DNA of 64,000 bases from Candidatus Bathyarchaeia archaeon (GCA_049521795.1 JBEKOM010000001.1:64001-128000); one strand, 5' to 3'; counted from the stretch's first letter, positions 1 to 10,218 are shown. Numbers and translations: made by a program. The notes: a model not told the origin generated them from the letters alone.

Positions 1-1
1 C

Positions 2-1216
2 CTAGGGACCCTGCAGAATGAAGCTTACAGCCTGTTCAGGTATACGCCTCGACGCACTTTGAACACAGCACAACAACTCTACTTAGACGCATTAATCTCC
101 TATCCAAGAACTGACAGTCAGAGACTCCCGTCGACTGAAGACTATAGAACGATACTGAAAAACTTGATGAAAGACGACCGGTACAGTGAGTTTGCGTCGG
201 AACTTCTCGCTAAACAGGCACTTAAACCGAACGAGGGAAAGAAAGACGACCCAGCACACCCAGCCATCTATCCAACTGGAAACCTGCCGCGGCGAGCCCT
301 TGAAACATCCGAGAGAAAGGTTTGGGATCTAGTCGTCCGAAGGTTCATGGCTACTTTCAGCGAGCCAGCAGTAAAGCAGAACATGAAAGTCCACATCAAA
401 ATCAACGGACACCGCTTTCACTTCAATGGGAAGCGAATACTGGTCCATGGATGGATGCACTACTACCAGCCTTACGTCAAGTTTGATGAAATCCTGCTGC
501 CGCCGATAAAGAAGGGGCAGATCATCAACGTCGAAAAAACAAATCTAGAAGAAACGTTCACTGAACCACCGTCACGGTACAATCCAAGCAGTCTTCTCAA
601 GGATATGGAAGACGCAAGAATCGGCACAAAAGCGACAAGGGCCGACATAATGCAAACACTTTGTGACAGAAAATACATTGAAGGCGAAAAAATGACTGTG
701 ACGAGCTTGGGCTTCGAAGTTTTCGATGTCTTGAAAAAACACTGCCCATCAGTCGTTTCCACAGCCTTAACGAGAAAACTCGAAGAAAAGATGGACAGAA
801 TTCGGGAGAACAGGGAAACTAGGGAAAATGTTTTGGCTGATGTCATCGGAATGCTTGACCCCTTGTTAGCAGCCTTCAAGAAAGACGAGAGGGTCGTTGG
901 GGAACAACTAGACAATGCTTTGGAAAGATCAAAGCTAGAAGAAAGAATAATTGGCGTTTGCCCAGTGTGCAAAACTGGAAAACTCATCACAAACTACTCA
1001 AGAAAAACTGGAAAACGCTTCATCGGCTGCACGAACTACTTTAAGGGGTTGTGTAAAACCTCATTCCCGCTTCCACAAAGAGGCACGATAAGGTCAACTG
1101 GAAAAAAATGCCCTGCATGCGGTTGGCCCACTGTTCAAGTGGGTACAAAGAGACATTCATGGGTTTTGTGCTTCAACCTTGAATGCAACTCAAAAACAGG
1201 AAATGAAAAGATTTGA
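2..1216 (+). CDS. topA: DNA topoisomerase IA, C-terminal part (5' truncated by window edge)
   Basis: Frame is open from base 2. Catalytic ISYPRTDS, AHPAIYPT and IGTKATRA motifs, plus C-terminal Zn ribbons. Confidence 0.95.
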   Translation, partial: LGTLQNEAYSLFRYTPRRTLNTAQQLYLDALISYPRTDSQRLPSTEDYRTILKNLMKDDRYSEFASELLAKQALKPNEGKKDDPAHPAIYPTGNLPRRALETSERKVWDLVVRRFMATFSEPAVKQNMKVHIKINGHRFHFNGKRILVHGWMHYYQPYVKFDEILLPPIKKGQIINVEKTNLEETFTEPPSRYNPSSLLKDMEDARIGTKATRADIMQTLCDRKYIEGEKMTVTSLGFEVFDVLKKHCPSVVSTALTRKLEEKMDRIRENRETRENVLADVIGMLDPLLAAFKKDERVVGEQLDNALERSKLEERIIGVCPVCKTGKLITNYSRKTGKRFIGCTNYFKGLCKTSFPLPQRGTIRSTGKKCPACGWPTVQVGTKRHSWVLCFNLECNSKTGNEKI

Positions 1217-1446
1217 AATGTGCAGTATGCGACAGAAAATCGGGCGCAGACAAGTATTGCAGGTTGCATGAGAAAGCCTACGAAAACATCGCCAGAAGTT
1301 ATGCCCAATGGAGAAAGGCATTTGAGATTTCTTGGAAAGAGTATTTAAGTCAGATTGCCAACAATCCATTAACAGGAGAATGGGTGAAAGAAGTCGCCGA
1401 GCATCTTATGAAAAGTGGAGAGCAGATAGATGTCAAAAACGGTTAA
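1213..1446 (+). CDS. small Cys-containing hypothetical protein
   Basis: 77-aa ORF overlapping the topA stop; CxxC...CxxH motif. Confidence 0.6.
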   Translation: MKCAVCDRKSGADKYCRLHEKAYENIARSYAQWRKAFEISWKEYLSQIANNPLTGEWVKEVAEHLMKSGEQIDVKNG

Positions 1447-1855
1447 GAGAAGCATCTCTTCATTGTCATTTTCATTAAACAAACTTTATCGGACAATATC
1501 GAGTGCAAGACCATCAAATCTCATCATTCCATTTCTCTCGATAGCATTCACCGTATTCCTGTTCGGAGGTGGGGTGTACGACTTGATAATGAAACCGCTT
1601 CCAGCAGTCTATTACGGTGGGCGATTCCTTTTCCTCTACCCGTCGCTTTCCGACCAGTTCATAGGCGACAGCATCGTTTCAATGACCGTTTACGCCCTTG
1701 GAATTATCGGCTTGCTTACAGTTTATCAGAGCACCAAGTATGTGTACAAGCCAAGACAAGCCTATATGATGCTGATGATAGGAATTGTTCTTGTGATGTT
1801 GGCATACATATTTCTTGAGGCGTCATTACACTTCAAGTTGACTGGAGGGGCATGA
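1430..1855 (+). CDS. OST3/OST6/OSTC(DC2)-like membrane protein
   Basis: Three TM helices. FLFGGGVYDLIMKP...QFIGDSIVS...KLTG resembles the OSTC pattern as recalled from memory. Confidence 0.65.
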   Translation: MSKTVKRSISSLSFSLNKLYRTISSARPSNLIIPFLSIAFTVFLFGGGVYDLIMKPLPAVYYGGRFLFLYPSLSDQFIGDSIVSMTVYALGIIGLLTVYQSTKYVYKPRQAYMMLMIGIVLVMLAYIFLEASLHFKLTGGA

Positions 1856-1872
1856 AAGCGCATCGCCTGGTA

Positions 1873-2370
1873 CTACCAGGGATTACTCTTTAGCCTCAAC
1901 TTGAAAGCCGCGAAGTTTGTTAACAGATGGATCGGGGGGGTGATCACTAGAATGGTGACAAGCAACTCCCAATTCCACGCGATAGAAAGTAGAAGCGAGA
2001 AGAGAATCGCACCTAATATGAAGTCTAGCTGATCTACAACCGGCAACAACCCGCCTGGAGGAATGTTAAGTCTCCGTTTTAGAAAGGCTCCAGCCAAGTC
2101 TCCAAACAGGGCGCCAAAAGACAGCAGCAAACCAAACATAATAGGATAATTGAAGGCCTTGCTCTCTGCCAAGCCTGCCACAGTTCCTACAGCCAGCCCT
2201 GCAAAAAAACCTCTAAAAGTCTTATTTTTTCCAAATACAGGCTTCCCATCTGGCAGCTTTTTTCCAAAATCAATAGCTAGTCCACCACCAGCAAGTACAG
2301 GAACGGCGTTCGCGCAATACGCTGGAAATATGAACTTTAACGCTTCAAAGACTAGGTGAATAAGATCCAT
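1873..2370 (-). CDS. carS: CDP-archaeol synthase
   Basis: PAYCANAVP, GKNKTFRG, GDLAGAFLKRRL and DQLDF motifs. Confidence 0.93.
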   Translation of the reverse strand: MDLIHLVFEALKFIFPAYCANAVPVLAGGGLAIDFGKKLPDGKPVFGKNKTFRGFFAGLAVGTVAGLAESKAFNYPIMFGLLLSFGALFGDLAGAFLKRRLNIPPGGLLPVVDQLDFILGAILFSLLLSIAWNWELLVTILVITPPIHLLTNFAAFKLRLKSNPW

Positions 2371-2399
2371 CTACCTCACTCCATTTGATGACGCCCATA

Positions 2400-3098
2400 C
2401 TAGTGTATTCCAGATTCTTCAAGTCTTAGGTTGCAACTCATTGGAGCAAGACTCCGAGGGTTCTTTTCAACAGTTGCCGCGATATTTCGAGGGTTTTGAG
2501 TGAGCTTCATGTTGAGGACCGTGTCAGCCCAGAACTTTAGGACCCTTGTGGCAACAGGTTCGATGCTCACAGGAACTTGACTTAGAACACTGTGAACCTG
2601 ACTGGTCAATAGAACCAGGATTCTCTGGGTTCTGGCAGTCTGTGCTAGTTCTGCCAACTGTCTGTTTAGTTCTCGGTTAAGCTCAAACGTTTTTGAAGGA
2701 GACTCAGCGATCCTGAGCCGGTACAGCGCTGTTAAGGTGTCAAACACTACGAGTTTGAAATTCTGGTTTATATAATCAGTCAACTGATCCACAACCAGTG
2801 TCTGCTCACGAAAGTCATTCGGCCTGACTAGAATTATCAGTTCCGGGACTTCTTTGAACTGTTTTGGAACGATCTGAGAAAGCCTTTGAGCTGAAAACAT
2901 TCTATCCGAATCCACAAAGAGCGTTTTGTAGCCTTCTCTGGCACAGTTTGCGGCGCATTGCATGGACAGTGTTGTCTTTCCGGTTTCGGCCTCGCCATAG
3001 ACGAGAGCCACACTGTCAACCTGGAAGCCTCCCTGAAGGAAGTCGTCGATTGATCTGCAACCTGTTGGAATTTTCTCAAGCAAGTTCGAACACATCAA
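2400..3098 (-). CDS. radB: RadB-like RecA-family ATPase
   Basis: IPTGCRSIDDFLQGG, Walker A GEAETGKT, Walker B LVVFD; no N-terminal RadA domain. Confidence 0.8.
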   Translation of the reverse strand: MMCSNLLEKIPTGCRSIDDFLQGGFQVDSVALVYGEAETGKTTLSMQCAANCAREGYKTLFVDSDRMFSAQRLSQIVPKQFKEVPELIILVRPNDFREQTLVVDQLTDYINQNFKLVVFDTLTALYRLRIAESPSKTFELNRELNRQLAELAQTARTQRILVLLTSQVHSVLSQVPVSIEPVATRVLKFWADTVLNMKLTQNPRNIAATVEKNPRSLAPMSCNLRLEESGIH

Positions 3099-3164
3099 CA
3101 GGTATAAATCGCCGAATTATAATGTGTTTTTCTGTTCACAAGTCTCAAGCCGTTTGGAAGTCTC

Positions 3165-3800
3165 ATGAAAGCGAAAATAGCCGTTGCAACAGTTTCAGGG
3201 AAAGCCTATTTCCTCATCGTAAGCGAACTTAAGAGAAAGAATGTTCCTTTTCTAAGCTTAACTCCGTTCGAACCCGTTCCAATAGAAGTCAAGGTTGTTG
3301 TAACGACCGAAGAGGAAAAGGAATTGATAAGTCATGAAGAAATATTAGCCTATAAGGATGGAATGGAAACAGTTGCGCTCATAAACGAAGCTTTGCAAAT
3401 TGTTCATGGAAAAGAGTCTTATGAAAAGGTGACTATAGGTGTCGACCCAGGTGAGGTTTTCGGATTGGCAGTTCTGGCCGGTGGCAGAGTGGTTGAGACA
3501 GGAAACTGTTACAGCGTTGATGAGACTCTGCATAAGATAGAGACAATAATTAGGGGCCTTGAGCATGTTCCAGTTTCAGCGATTTCAGTGAAGGTAGGCG
3601 ATGGGGTTCCTACGTGCAAGGAAAGGCTTTTACATGAATTGGACAGGGCCCTGTCCCCCAACGTGGTGTTGGAGAGCGTTGGAGAAGCTGGTACGAACCG
3701 TCGGCTGAACGAAGCGAAACACAGAAGAGGCTTAAGAGATATTGTTTCTGCGATTCAGATAGCAGGGAGAAGCGGTCACACATTTCAAAGGAGGAAGTAG
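3165..3800 (+). CDS. conserved hypothetical protein with RNase H-like (GVDPG) domain
   Basis: IGVDPGEVFGLAV...VKVGDG...E.GT...DIVSA pattern. Confidence 0.65.
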   Translation: MKAKIAVATVSGKAYFLIVSELKRKNVPFLSLTPFEPVPIEVKVVVTTEEEKELISHEEILAYKDGMETVALINEALQIVHGKESYEKVTIGVDPGEVFGLAVLAGGRVVETGNCYSVDETLHKIETIIRGLEHVPVSAISVKVGDGVPTCKERLLHELDRALSPNVVLESVGEAGTNRRLNEAKHRRGLRDIVSAIQIAGRSGHTFQRRK

Positions 3801-3801
3801 A

Positions 3802-5115
3802 GTGAATCGTACAGTTGAAAAAGGCAAGACTCTTCTAGTTGACGGCCCAGCCGCGGTCACTGTGAATTCGGGCAAGGTAGAAGTTTTCGGGTCAGTGATA
3901 AGGGAAACAGGCAAAGTTGTCATACGTGAAGGAAAAAGGTTACCCTTCGCAGTCGAAGAAAAGACTATTCTCGACATTTCACTAGGCGAAAACGCAGCCT
4001 TGGAGGAAGTTGATGGCAACACTATCCCCTCCTCCTGGACTGAGTCAGCTCAAGAACTTCTGAACCTACAGATCAGACCCGCAACGGCAATGATCTTCGG
4101 AACTGCGGACGCCGGAAAGACCAGTTTCTGCACATACTTGATAAACAGAGTCTTACGCGAAAAACGTAAAATCGCAGTTTTGGACGGAGACCTGGGTCAA
4201 TCAGACATTGGACCACCTTCAACCGTTGCCTACACCTTTGTGACCAAACCATTAACCGACCTCTTTAACTTGCAAGCAAAAAACGCTGTTTTCATCGGTG
4301 AAACATCACCGGGCAACGCCGTGGACAAGATGATCGAAGGCCTTTCACTTCTGAAAAAAGAGATCATGGCTAGCAATCCTGAGTTTCTTATCGTGAACAC
4401 TGACGGTTGGGTTGAAGGAGAATGTGCCGTTCCGTACAAACTCAAACTTGCAGAGGAGCTTAAGCCTGAAGTGATATTCTGCATGGAGCAAAAAGACGAA
4501 CTGGCACCATTGCTCACTGCCCTGGAAAAATTCAAGAAGACAACCGTTGAATCGCCTACCGCAATAAGACAGAGGGACAGGGAGAAACGTAAAACCCTCC
4601 GCGAGCTTGGATACAAAAAATACTTGCGAAACCCAAGAGTCCAGTCGCTTTCGTTGAACTGGCTAAAAGTCGAGGGAAACGATTCTTTTGGCCTGAACAA
4701 GACCCACATGAACAGCATGGGAGCAAGAAGAATATGCGATCTTCTTGGAATGAAACCTCTGCAACTATCTGTGTTAAGCGATAAAATCAGCATAGTCATA
4801 GGAAGAAGACGCTGGATTGACTCGGACAAAATAAACAAGGTTGAGCAGTTGACCAAGAAGAGGGTCATAGTAACTAGGAAAGGCGAAGAGGAAGGCCTGC
4901 TTGCAGCCTTATATGACGATGGGAGAAGATTTCTCGGGATCGGCATCTTGCAGGAAGTAGACTACCTTAGGAAGACCGTGAAAGTCGTCACCCCCGTGTC
5001 CGAAGAAGTCTCAATCCTCGCCTTAGGAAAAGTGAAGCTCGACAGGAACATGAAAGAGATCTCTCTGACTGAAGAAAACAACGTGGACTTTGCATCTTTC
5101 AAAAAGCTTTTTTGA
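3802..5115 (+). CDS. Clp1/Grc3-family polynucleotide 5'-kinase
   Basis: GTADAGKTS, DGDLGQSDIGPP and VNTDGW motifs. Confidence 0.9.
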   Translation: MNRTVEKGKTLLVDGPAAVTVNSGKVEVFGSVIRETGKVVIREGKRLPFAVEEKTILDISLGENAALEEVDGNTIPSSWTESAQELLNLQIRPATAMIFGTADAGKTSFCTYLINRVLREKRKIAVLDGDLGQSDIGPPSTVAYTFVTKPLTDLFNLQAKNAVFIGETSPGNAVDKMIEGLSLLKKEIMASNPEFLIVNTDGWVEGECAVPYKLKLAEELKPEVIFCMEQKDELAPLLTALEKFKKTTVESPTAIRQRDREKRKTLRELGYKKYLRNPRVQSLSLNWLKVEGNDSFGLNKTHMNSMGARRICDLLGMKPLQLSVLSDKISIVIGRRRWIDSDKINKVEQLTKKRVIVTRKGEEEGLLAALYDDGRRFLGIGILQEVDYLRKTVKVVTPVSEEVSILALGKVKLDRNMKEISLTEENNVDFASFKKLF

Positions 5116-5154
5116 AAAGGCGGGCATTGACACGAGAGTCCGCGGGACAAAGGA

Positions 5155-5772
5155 CTATGAACTCTTCTTCAACTGACCTGCACCCTTTACAAGACTGAGT
5201 ATTAGATTCCACATCACCTTGGTTCTCCGTGGATTCTGGCACCTGTCAAAATGAAAGCACGTCACGCCCAGTTCTTTGCACTTAGCTATGTTCCTCTTTG
5301 AGTCGTCTACTAACAAAACCTCGTTGGGGCCGACCTTTGACTTATCTAAAATGTATGCAATCTGTGCCTTCTTGCTGGGCAATCTTTCTCTAGTCAAAAT
5401 CTCTCTGAAGTAACATTTTAGATCATGTTCACGAAGAAACTTTTCGACCACCACGGCACTTTGCATTGAAACTACGTACGTCTCAGAACAAGTTACAGAA
5501 ATCTTTTGCAGGAATTCCTTGAAAAACGGTGTAGGCTCTGCGTTTTTCAGAGCCTCGAGTTCCAGTTTCTCCATTTCGCTACTCACTATCTGAAAACTTG
5601 AGGTGCCATGATAAGATTCGTAGAAGGTGAGCAGGCTTTTTATGTTGTAACCTGATATGGTAGATGCCAAACGTATTGCGGAGTTCCAGTCAACGTTTAG
5701 GTTTGTGATCACGCCGTCGAAATCAAGCGCGATCACCTTAACTTTGTTTTTCAGGTTTAGATTATTCTCCAT
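5155..5772 (-). CDS. HAD-family hydrolase
   Basis: DFDGVI motif I and VDDS motif IV. Confidence 0.85.
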   Translation of the reverse strand: MENNLNLKNKVKVIALDFDGVITNLNVDWNSAIRLASTISGYNIKSLLTFYESYHGTSSFQIVSSEMEKLELEALKNAEPTPFFKEFLQKISVTCSETYVVSMQSAVVVEKFLREHDLKCYFREILTRERLPSKKAQIAYILDKSKVGPNEVLLVDDSKRNIAKCKELGVTCFHFDRCQNPRRTKVMWNLILSLVKGAGQLKKSS

Positions 5773-6863
5773 GTATTGTTATCACACTCAAGAATTACGC
5801 CGGCATCCAATTGCCGCACTAGGTAATAGTTGCCTGGAAACAAATCATAAGTGGGCAAGTCAACGCTTAGACTCCCGTTCAACCCTAACATTAGGTACGC
5901 GTAGGCTATGTTCAACTCTGGCTTCTTGAACGCTTTAGCAAAGGCGTACCCCCACAATGGGGCAGTTGTGTGCCATTTTCCGTCCACCTCTGTTATCATA
6001 GGCTTGCCAGTGATGTCTTCCTTAGCGTCTACTGAAAAAAAGCCATGTGGTTTAGAATCCAGTGCTTTGATTGCTTCCACGCCGACTCGATTTAGTTCTT
6101 GTTCTCTAACCGTTTTTGCTATGGTCGGTGTACCGGTGATTCCGGAAAGCGAAACGTGTTTCAAAGCATACTCTAGTCTCTCCCTGGCATAAGAGGTTAT
6201 CAGCTGCCCTTTGAACCAGAGTGAGTCAAATGCGAGGTCTCTTCCTGGTAGATATTCTTGGAGTATGAAGTCGCCGATAGCCGCTCGATTCTGAAGAGCG
6301 TTCAGTGTTACCCAATGTCGGGCCTGTTCCGGCGTGTCAACTTTTAAGCCAAGTCTTCCCCCAGCTCCATGCTTAGCTCTGATCCAGAGAGGGCGACCGA
6401 TCTCTGAAAATGCGTCATCAATGTTGTTGAGGGAATTTGGGGCCATCGTTCTCGGCACGGGAACGTTTTGCTTTGAAAGCGCATTGTGCATTTCCAGTTT
6501 GTCGGGCATTATTGACGTTGGTTTAGGCAAGTACGTTTCCACTTTTTCATTCTTGAATAAAACCGAGTTTTCTGAAACCACTCGTGCCTCACTACTAGGA
6601 TGAGGATGCAAGAACCTGATGGCATATTTTTTGATGAGTTTCAGAAGTGTTGGGACAAAGTTTGGGTCGTCGTGTCTAGGGGAGACGAATCTAACGTCTG
6701 CCTGAGGGAACTGAAGATAGTAAGGGTTGTGATCAGTGCACGCTAGGAACAATTTTGTGCTGTTTTGTGTTTCCGCCAGTCTCAATGCTCTAACGAAGTT
6801 GATTCCCCCGATTCCTCCTGTTCCGGTGACTAGTACGTTCGTTAAGCTGTCCATCTTTCTCAC
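5757..6863 (-). CDS. ATP-grasp domain protein
   Basis: VLVTGTGG, GAGGRLG, LQEYLPG and VDAKED...ITEV motifs. Confidence 0.85.
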   Translation of the reverse strand: MRKMDSLTNVLVTGTGGIGGINFVRALRLAETQNSTKLFLACTDHNPYYLQFPQADVRFVSPRHDDPNFVPTLLKLIKKYAIRFLHPHPSSEARVVSENSVLFKNEKVETYLPKPTSIMPDKLEMHNALSKQNVPVPRTMAPNSLNNIDDAFSEIGRPLWIRAKHGAGGRLGLKVDTPEQARHWVTLNALQNRAAIGDFILQEYLPGRDLAFDSLWFKGQLITSYARERLEYALKHVSLSGITGTPTIAKTVREQELNRVGVEAIKALDSKPHGFFSVDAKEDITGKPMITEVDGKWHTTAPLWGYAFAKAFKKPELNIAYAYLMLGLNGSLSVDLPTYDLFPGNYYLVRQLDAGVILECDNNTWRII

Positions 6864-6869
6864 CGATCA

Positions 6870-7691
6870 TTAATGCGTCCAATTCTTTGCTTTTTGCACT
6901 AGTTCAAAGGCTTCAATCCCTTTTAAAAAGGCCACATTTGAGTTGGAAGCGATTTGATTGATCAAGTCTGAGTATGCCCGCCCTCCCTTCATCATGATTG
7001 AATTATCGTGCCAGAGCAGCGTCATAATTTGAACGCCTGAAACGAAAAATCTTTCCATTGTCTTAAGCACAAATTTGATTATTGTTTTTTCTGTGAGACC
7101 CATATACGTAAATAGGTAGGCGTCCATGAATGTCACCGGGAAAACGACTAGACCGTTCTTACGCAGATAACCAGAATTTCTCGGGTCGACCCTTTCTTTG
7201 GAGTACGTCAGTGATGAGTCATATTTTAAACCTGCCTTAGCAAGGTTTGAAAAGGTGTTCTCAGAGACTTTCAAGTAGTGCACTCTTGACCCGTAAACTG
7301 ATCTTCCAACGGTTTTTTCAAGTGATCTCTTTTCGGAAAGGATCTCTCTGATGGTTGATGTGCTGTTTACGTGCAGACCTACTTCCCATCCGTTTTTCGC
7401 GAGTTCCTTCGTTGTATCTTCGTACTGCTCCACTGAGGTTCCGTCGTCGTATTTGGGTCGAAAGAAGAATGTGGAACGAATGTTGAATCTTTCTTCAATT
7501 TCCGTGACAGTTGGGACACCATAGTATGGATTGAAGCCTTCATCCGCAACCTTCCTCATTATGTCTGGATCGAATCTGCTTCGACGAGCCAAAATATGCG
7601 AGATTCCGGGACCTTTCCGAGGCCAATCGACATCATGCGTTACAACCAACGCGCGCATTCTTTCGGACAGAAGCGGCGAACTCGATTTCAA
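6870..7691 (-). CDS. polysaccharide deacetylase family protein
   Basis: THDVD, STFFF, EVGLH, GSRVHYL, YDSS and LLWH motifs. Confidence 0.85.
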   Translation of the reverse strand: MKSSSPLLSERMRALVVTHDVDWPRKGPGISHILARRSRFDPDIMRKVADEGFNPYYGVPTVTEIEERFNIRSTFFFRPKYDDGTSVEQYEDTTKELAKNGWEVGLHVNSTSTIREILSEKRSLEKTVGRSVYGSRVHYLKVSENTFSNLAKAGLKYDSSLTYSKERVDPRNSGYLRKNGLVVFPVTFMDAYLFTYMGLTEKTIIKFVLKTMERFFVSGVQIMTLLWHDNSIMMKGGRAYSDLINQIASNSNVAFLKGIEAFELVQKAKNWTH

Positions 7692-7761
7692 GTTGGGCCC
7701 CTTGTTGTTTTATCAATAGTTCTGCTCCTAATAAAGAACGCGCGCCCACAACTGGCTTGCT

Positions 7762-8424
7762 CTAGCTCCATAGATGTCTCGATGGGCAAAGCCTAGCTAG
7801 TGGACATTCCGTGCACAGTGGAGTTTTTGCCTTGCAGTACTTTCTCCCGTGCAGAATCAACAATATGTGAACAGCGAGATAGTCTGTTGGATCGTAGATC
7901 GACTGGAGAGCTCCACGCACAGTTTCGTAGTCTGCCTCTTCAGCTACTAGGCCCAGCCGTTTCGATACTCTGTTGACGTGCGTATCAACTGGCACCGTTG
8001 GTTTCTTGGCGCTGAACAGCAATAACACGTCTGCTGTTTTGGGTCCTACCCCCGGAAGTTGCAAGAGCTCGTCCCTTGCCTCATCAAGAGGCTTTGACAA
8101 GATCTGTGCCAAGTCACCGTTGTATTTCTCGAGTATTATCTTTGAGACTTGGTGTATCACTCGAGCTTTGTTGTGGTATAGACCGCCGACCTTCAAGTAG
8201 TTTTCGACCTGCTTGATCTCAGCATCTGCGAGGGCTTCGGGAGTTATTCGGAACTTGTTCGAGAGGTTTTCGAAGGCTCTTGCCATGTTCTTATCGTTCG
8301 TGTTTTGTGAAATGATCGTTGCAATCAACGTTGCGAAAGGGTTGCGAGCCGCGGTCGTCCACGTTGGCACCGCAAACGTAGTGCGAAGTATTCTCAGGAT
8401 TGTTTCGGCACGACGGTCAGCCAT
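7762..8424 (-). CDS. nth: endonuclease III
   Basis: LPGVGPKTA HhH motif, VDTHVNR, C-terminal 4Fe-4S motif; start placed at ATG 8424. Confidence 0.92.
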   Translation of the reverse strand: MADRRAETILRILRTTFAVPTWTTAARNPFATLIATIISQNTNDKNMARAFENLSNKFRITPEALADAEIKQVENYLKVGGLYHNKARVIHQVSKIILEKYNGDLAQILSKPLDEARDELLQLPGVGPKTADVLLLFSAKKPTVPVDTHVNRVSKRLGLVAEEADYETVRGALQSIYDPTDYLAVHILLILHGRKYCKAKTPLCTECPLARLCPSRHLWS

Positions 8425-8497
8425 TACGGATCCCCTTGTTTTGAAAGCAATAAATAGTGAGTACCTAAAGCTACTAATAAGCAATGGAGAGGGAAGG

Positions 8498-8869
8498 TTG
8501 GAGCGGGCAAGAGTCTTTAAAGACGAAATAACTGAGCAGAGCACGCGTTTTCTTGCGGTCTACGTGGAGGCGAAGAATTCATGTTTGGTAATGCTGAGTG
8601 AGAGGGAAGACAAGCTTGGGACGCTTGCAATCGCCGTTCCGAGACCGAAGGATTTGCTCGGTCCCCCATCATCTTCAGTTCTCCTCGGGGACAAGAACGC
8701 GATTTCAGCCCGCATGTTCGCAGAACTCTTGGCTGCAAGAAAGGAGAAGATAGCCTTGGTCTCGGTTTATCTTGAAACGATGGATGAGACGCAGGCGCAG
8801 TCAGTCTTCAAACGCTTGATAGAGAAGGTTGCCCACGAGCAGCCTCAGAAGGAGGCGTCTGGCGCATGA
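8498..8869 (+). CDS. proteasome assembly chaperone (PAC4/PAC3-like) protein
   Basis: LGTLAIAVP...SSVLLGD...AELLAARKEKIALVSVYL resembles PSMG4; TTG start after GGAG/GGAAGG. Confidence 0.6.
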   Translation: MERARVFKDEITEQSTRFLAVYVEAKNSCLVMLSEREDKLGTLAIAVPRPKDLLGPPSSSVLLGDKNAISARMFAELLAARKEKIALVSVYLETMDETQAQSVFKRLIEKVAHEQPQKEASGA

Positions 8870-10212
8870 GCCTCAGAGAATTTCTCAAGCAAATGGAAAA
8901 AGAAAGGGAAGTTTTGCACGTAAAGGATGAAGTCTCATCACGCTTCGAAATGGCGTATATAATGAAGAGCTTTGACAGCGAAGGCCCAATTCTGCTTTTT
9001 GAGAACGTTGATGATCATGCGACGAGGGTTGTTGCCAACGTCTCTGGGACCAGGAAGAGAATTTGCAGAGCGCTCCACGTTGGCCATGATGAGCTTTATG
9101 GAAGACTGACAGCTGCTTGGCGCTCGCCGAGTAAACCCAACGCGGTCAAGAATGCTGCAGCTAAAGAGTGTAAAGAGAAAGATGTTGACTTATCGAGGAT
9201 TCCTGCTCTTACTCACTTTGAGAAGGACGCAGGGCCTTACATCACTTCGGCAGTTGTGCATGCCAGAAGTCTCGACGGAGAGGTTGAAAACGTTTCAGTA
9301 CATCGCCTTCAGGTTTTGGACAGAAAGCACTTGGCTATTCGTCTCGTGCCCCGGCATCTTTTCAAATTGTGGCGAATGGCAAAGGAGGCTGGAAAAGACC
9401 TTGACGTCGCGATCTCTGTCGGCGTTCACCCGGCAGTGTTGCTGGCAGCTTCTTGTCCTTTGCCCTTCGGCGTGAGCGAGTACGGCGTTGCAAACGCCCT
9501 GTTGGACAACAACCTTAAGCTGACTGAGTGTGAGCACGTGAGCGCTTGTTGCCCAGCTGAGGCTGAGCTTGTCTTGGAAGGAAGAATCTCGGCGACGAAG
9601 GAGGTTGTTGAGGGTCCGTTTGTCGATGTCACCGGAACTTATGATGCGCAGAGAAGACAGCCGGTTGTAGACATTGTCGGTCTCTCGCACAGACGGGAAT
9701 ATGTCTATCATGCGCTTCTCTCTTCAGGAGCTGAGCACAGGCTCATGATGGGGTTGCCTCATGAAGTGCTGATCTGGGAAGCGGTTTCGAAGGTTGTGCC
9801 GAGGGTTTGTGCAGTGAACCTGTCAGTCGGTGGATGCGGGTGGCTTCACGCTGTGATCTCTGTTGAGAAACAATTGGAAGGTGATGGGAAGAACGCTTTG
9901 CTGGCGGCCTTTGCGGCGCATCCGAGTTTGAAACACGCGGTAGTTGTGGATTCTGACATTGACGTGTGTGACGTTTCAGACGTGGAGTGGGCTGTTGCGA
10001 CGCGTTTTCAGGGAAGTGAAGACTTGATCCTGATGGAGAACGTGCGCGGCTCAAGTCTGGACCCTTCAGCGGATCAAGAAAGGGTCTTGACTGCGAAAGT
10101 GGGCTTCGACGCCACTAGACCTTTGGGCAAGCCGAGAGAGAAATTTGAGAAAGCGAGAATTCCGGCTGGCGACAGCGCTGAGAAGACCGTTCACAGGTTG
10201 CGTCGAGCATGA
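8866..10212 (+). CDS. UbiD-family decarboxylase (possibly anhydromevalonate phosphate decarboxylase)
   Basis: EGPFVDVTGTY, VVVDSDID, WAVATRFQ and SSLDPS motifs. Confidence 0.9.
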   Translation: MSLREFLKQMEKEREVLHVKDEVSSRFEMAYIMKSFDSEGPILLFENVDDHATRVVANVSGTRKRICRALHVGHDELYGRLTAAWRSPSKPNAVKNAAAKECKEKDVDLSRIPALTHFEKDAGPYITSAVVHARSLDGEVENVSVHRLQVLDRKHLAIRLVPRHLFKLWRMAKEAGKDLDVAISVGVHPAVLLAASCPLPFGVSEYGVANALLDNNLKLTECEHVSACCPAEAELVLEGRISATKEVVEGPFVDVTGTYDAQRRQPVVDIVGLSHRREYVYHALLSSGAEHRLMMGLPHEVLIWEAVSKVVPRVCAVNLSVGGCGWLHAVISVEKQLEGDGKNALLAAFAAHPSLKHAVVVDSDIDVCDVSDVEWAVATRFQGSEDLILMENVRGSSLDPSADQERVLTAKVGFDATRPLGKPREKFEKARIPAGDSAEKTVHRLRRA

Positions 10213-10218
10213 GCGGAG

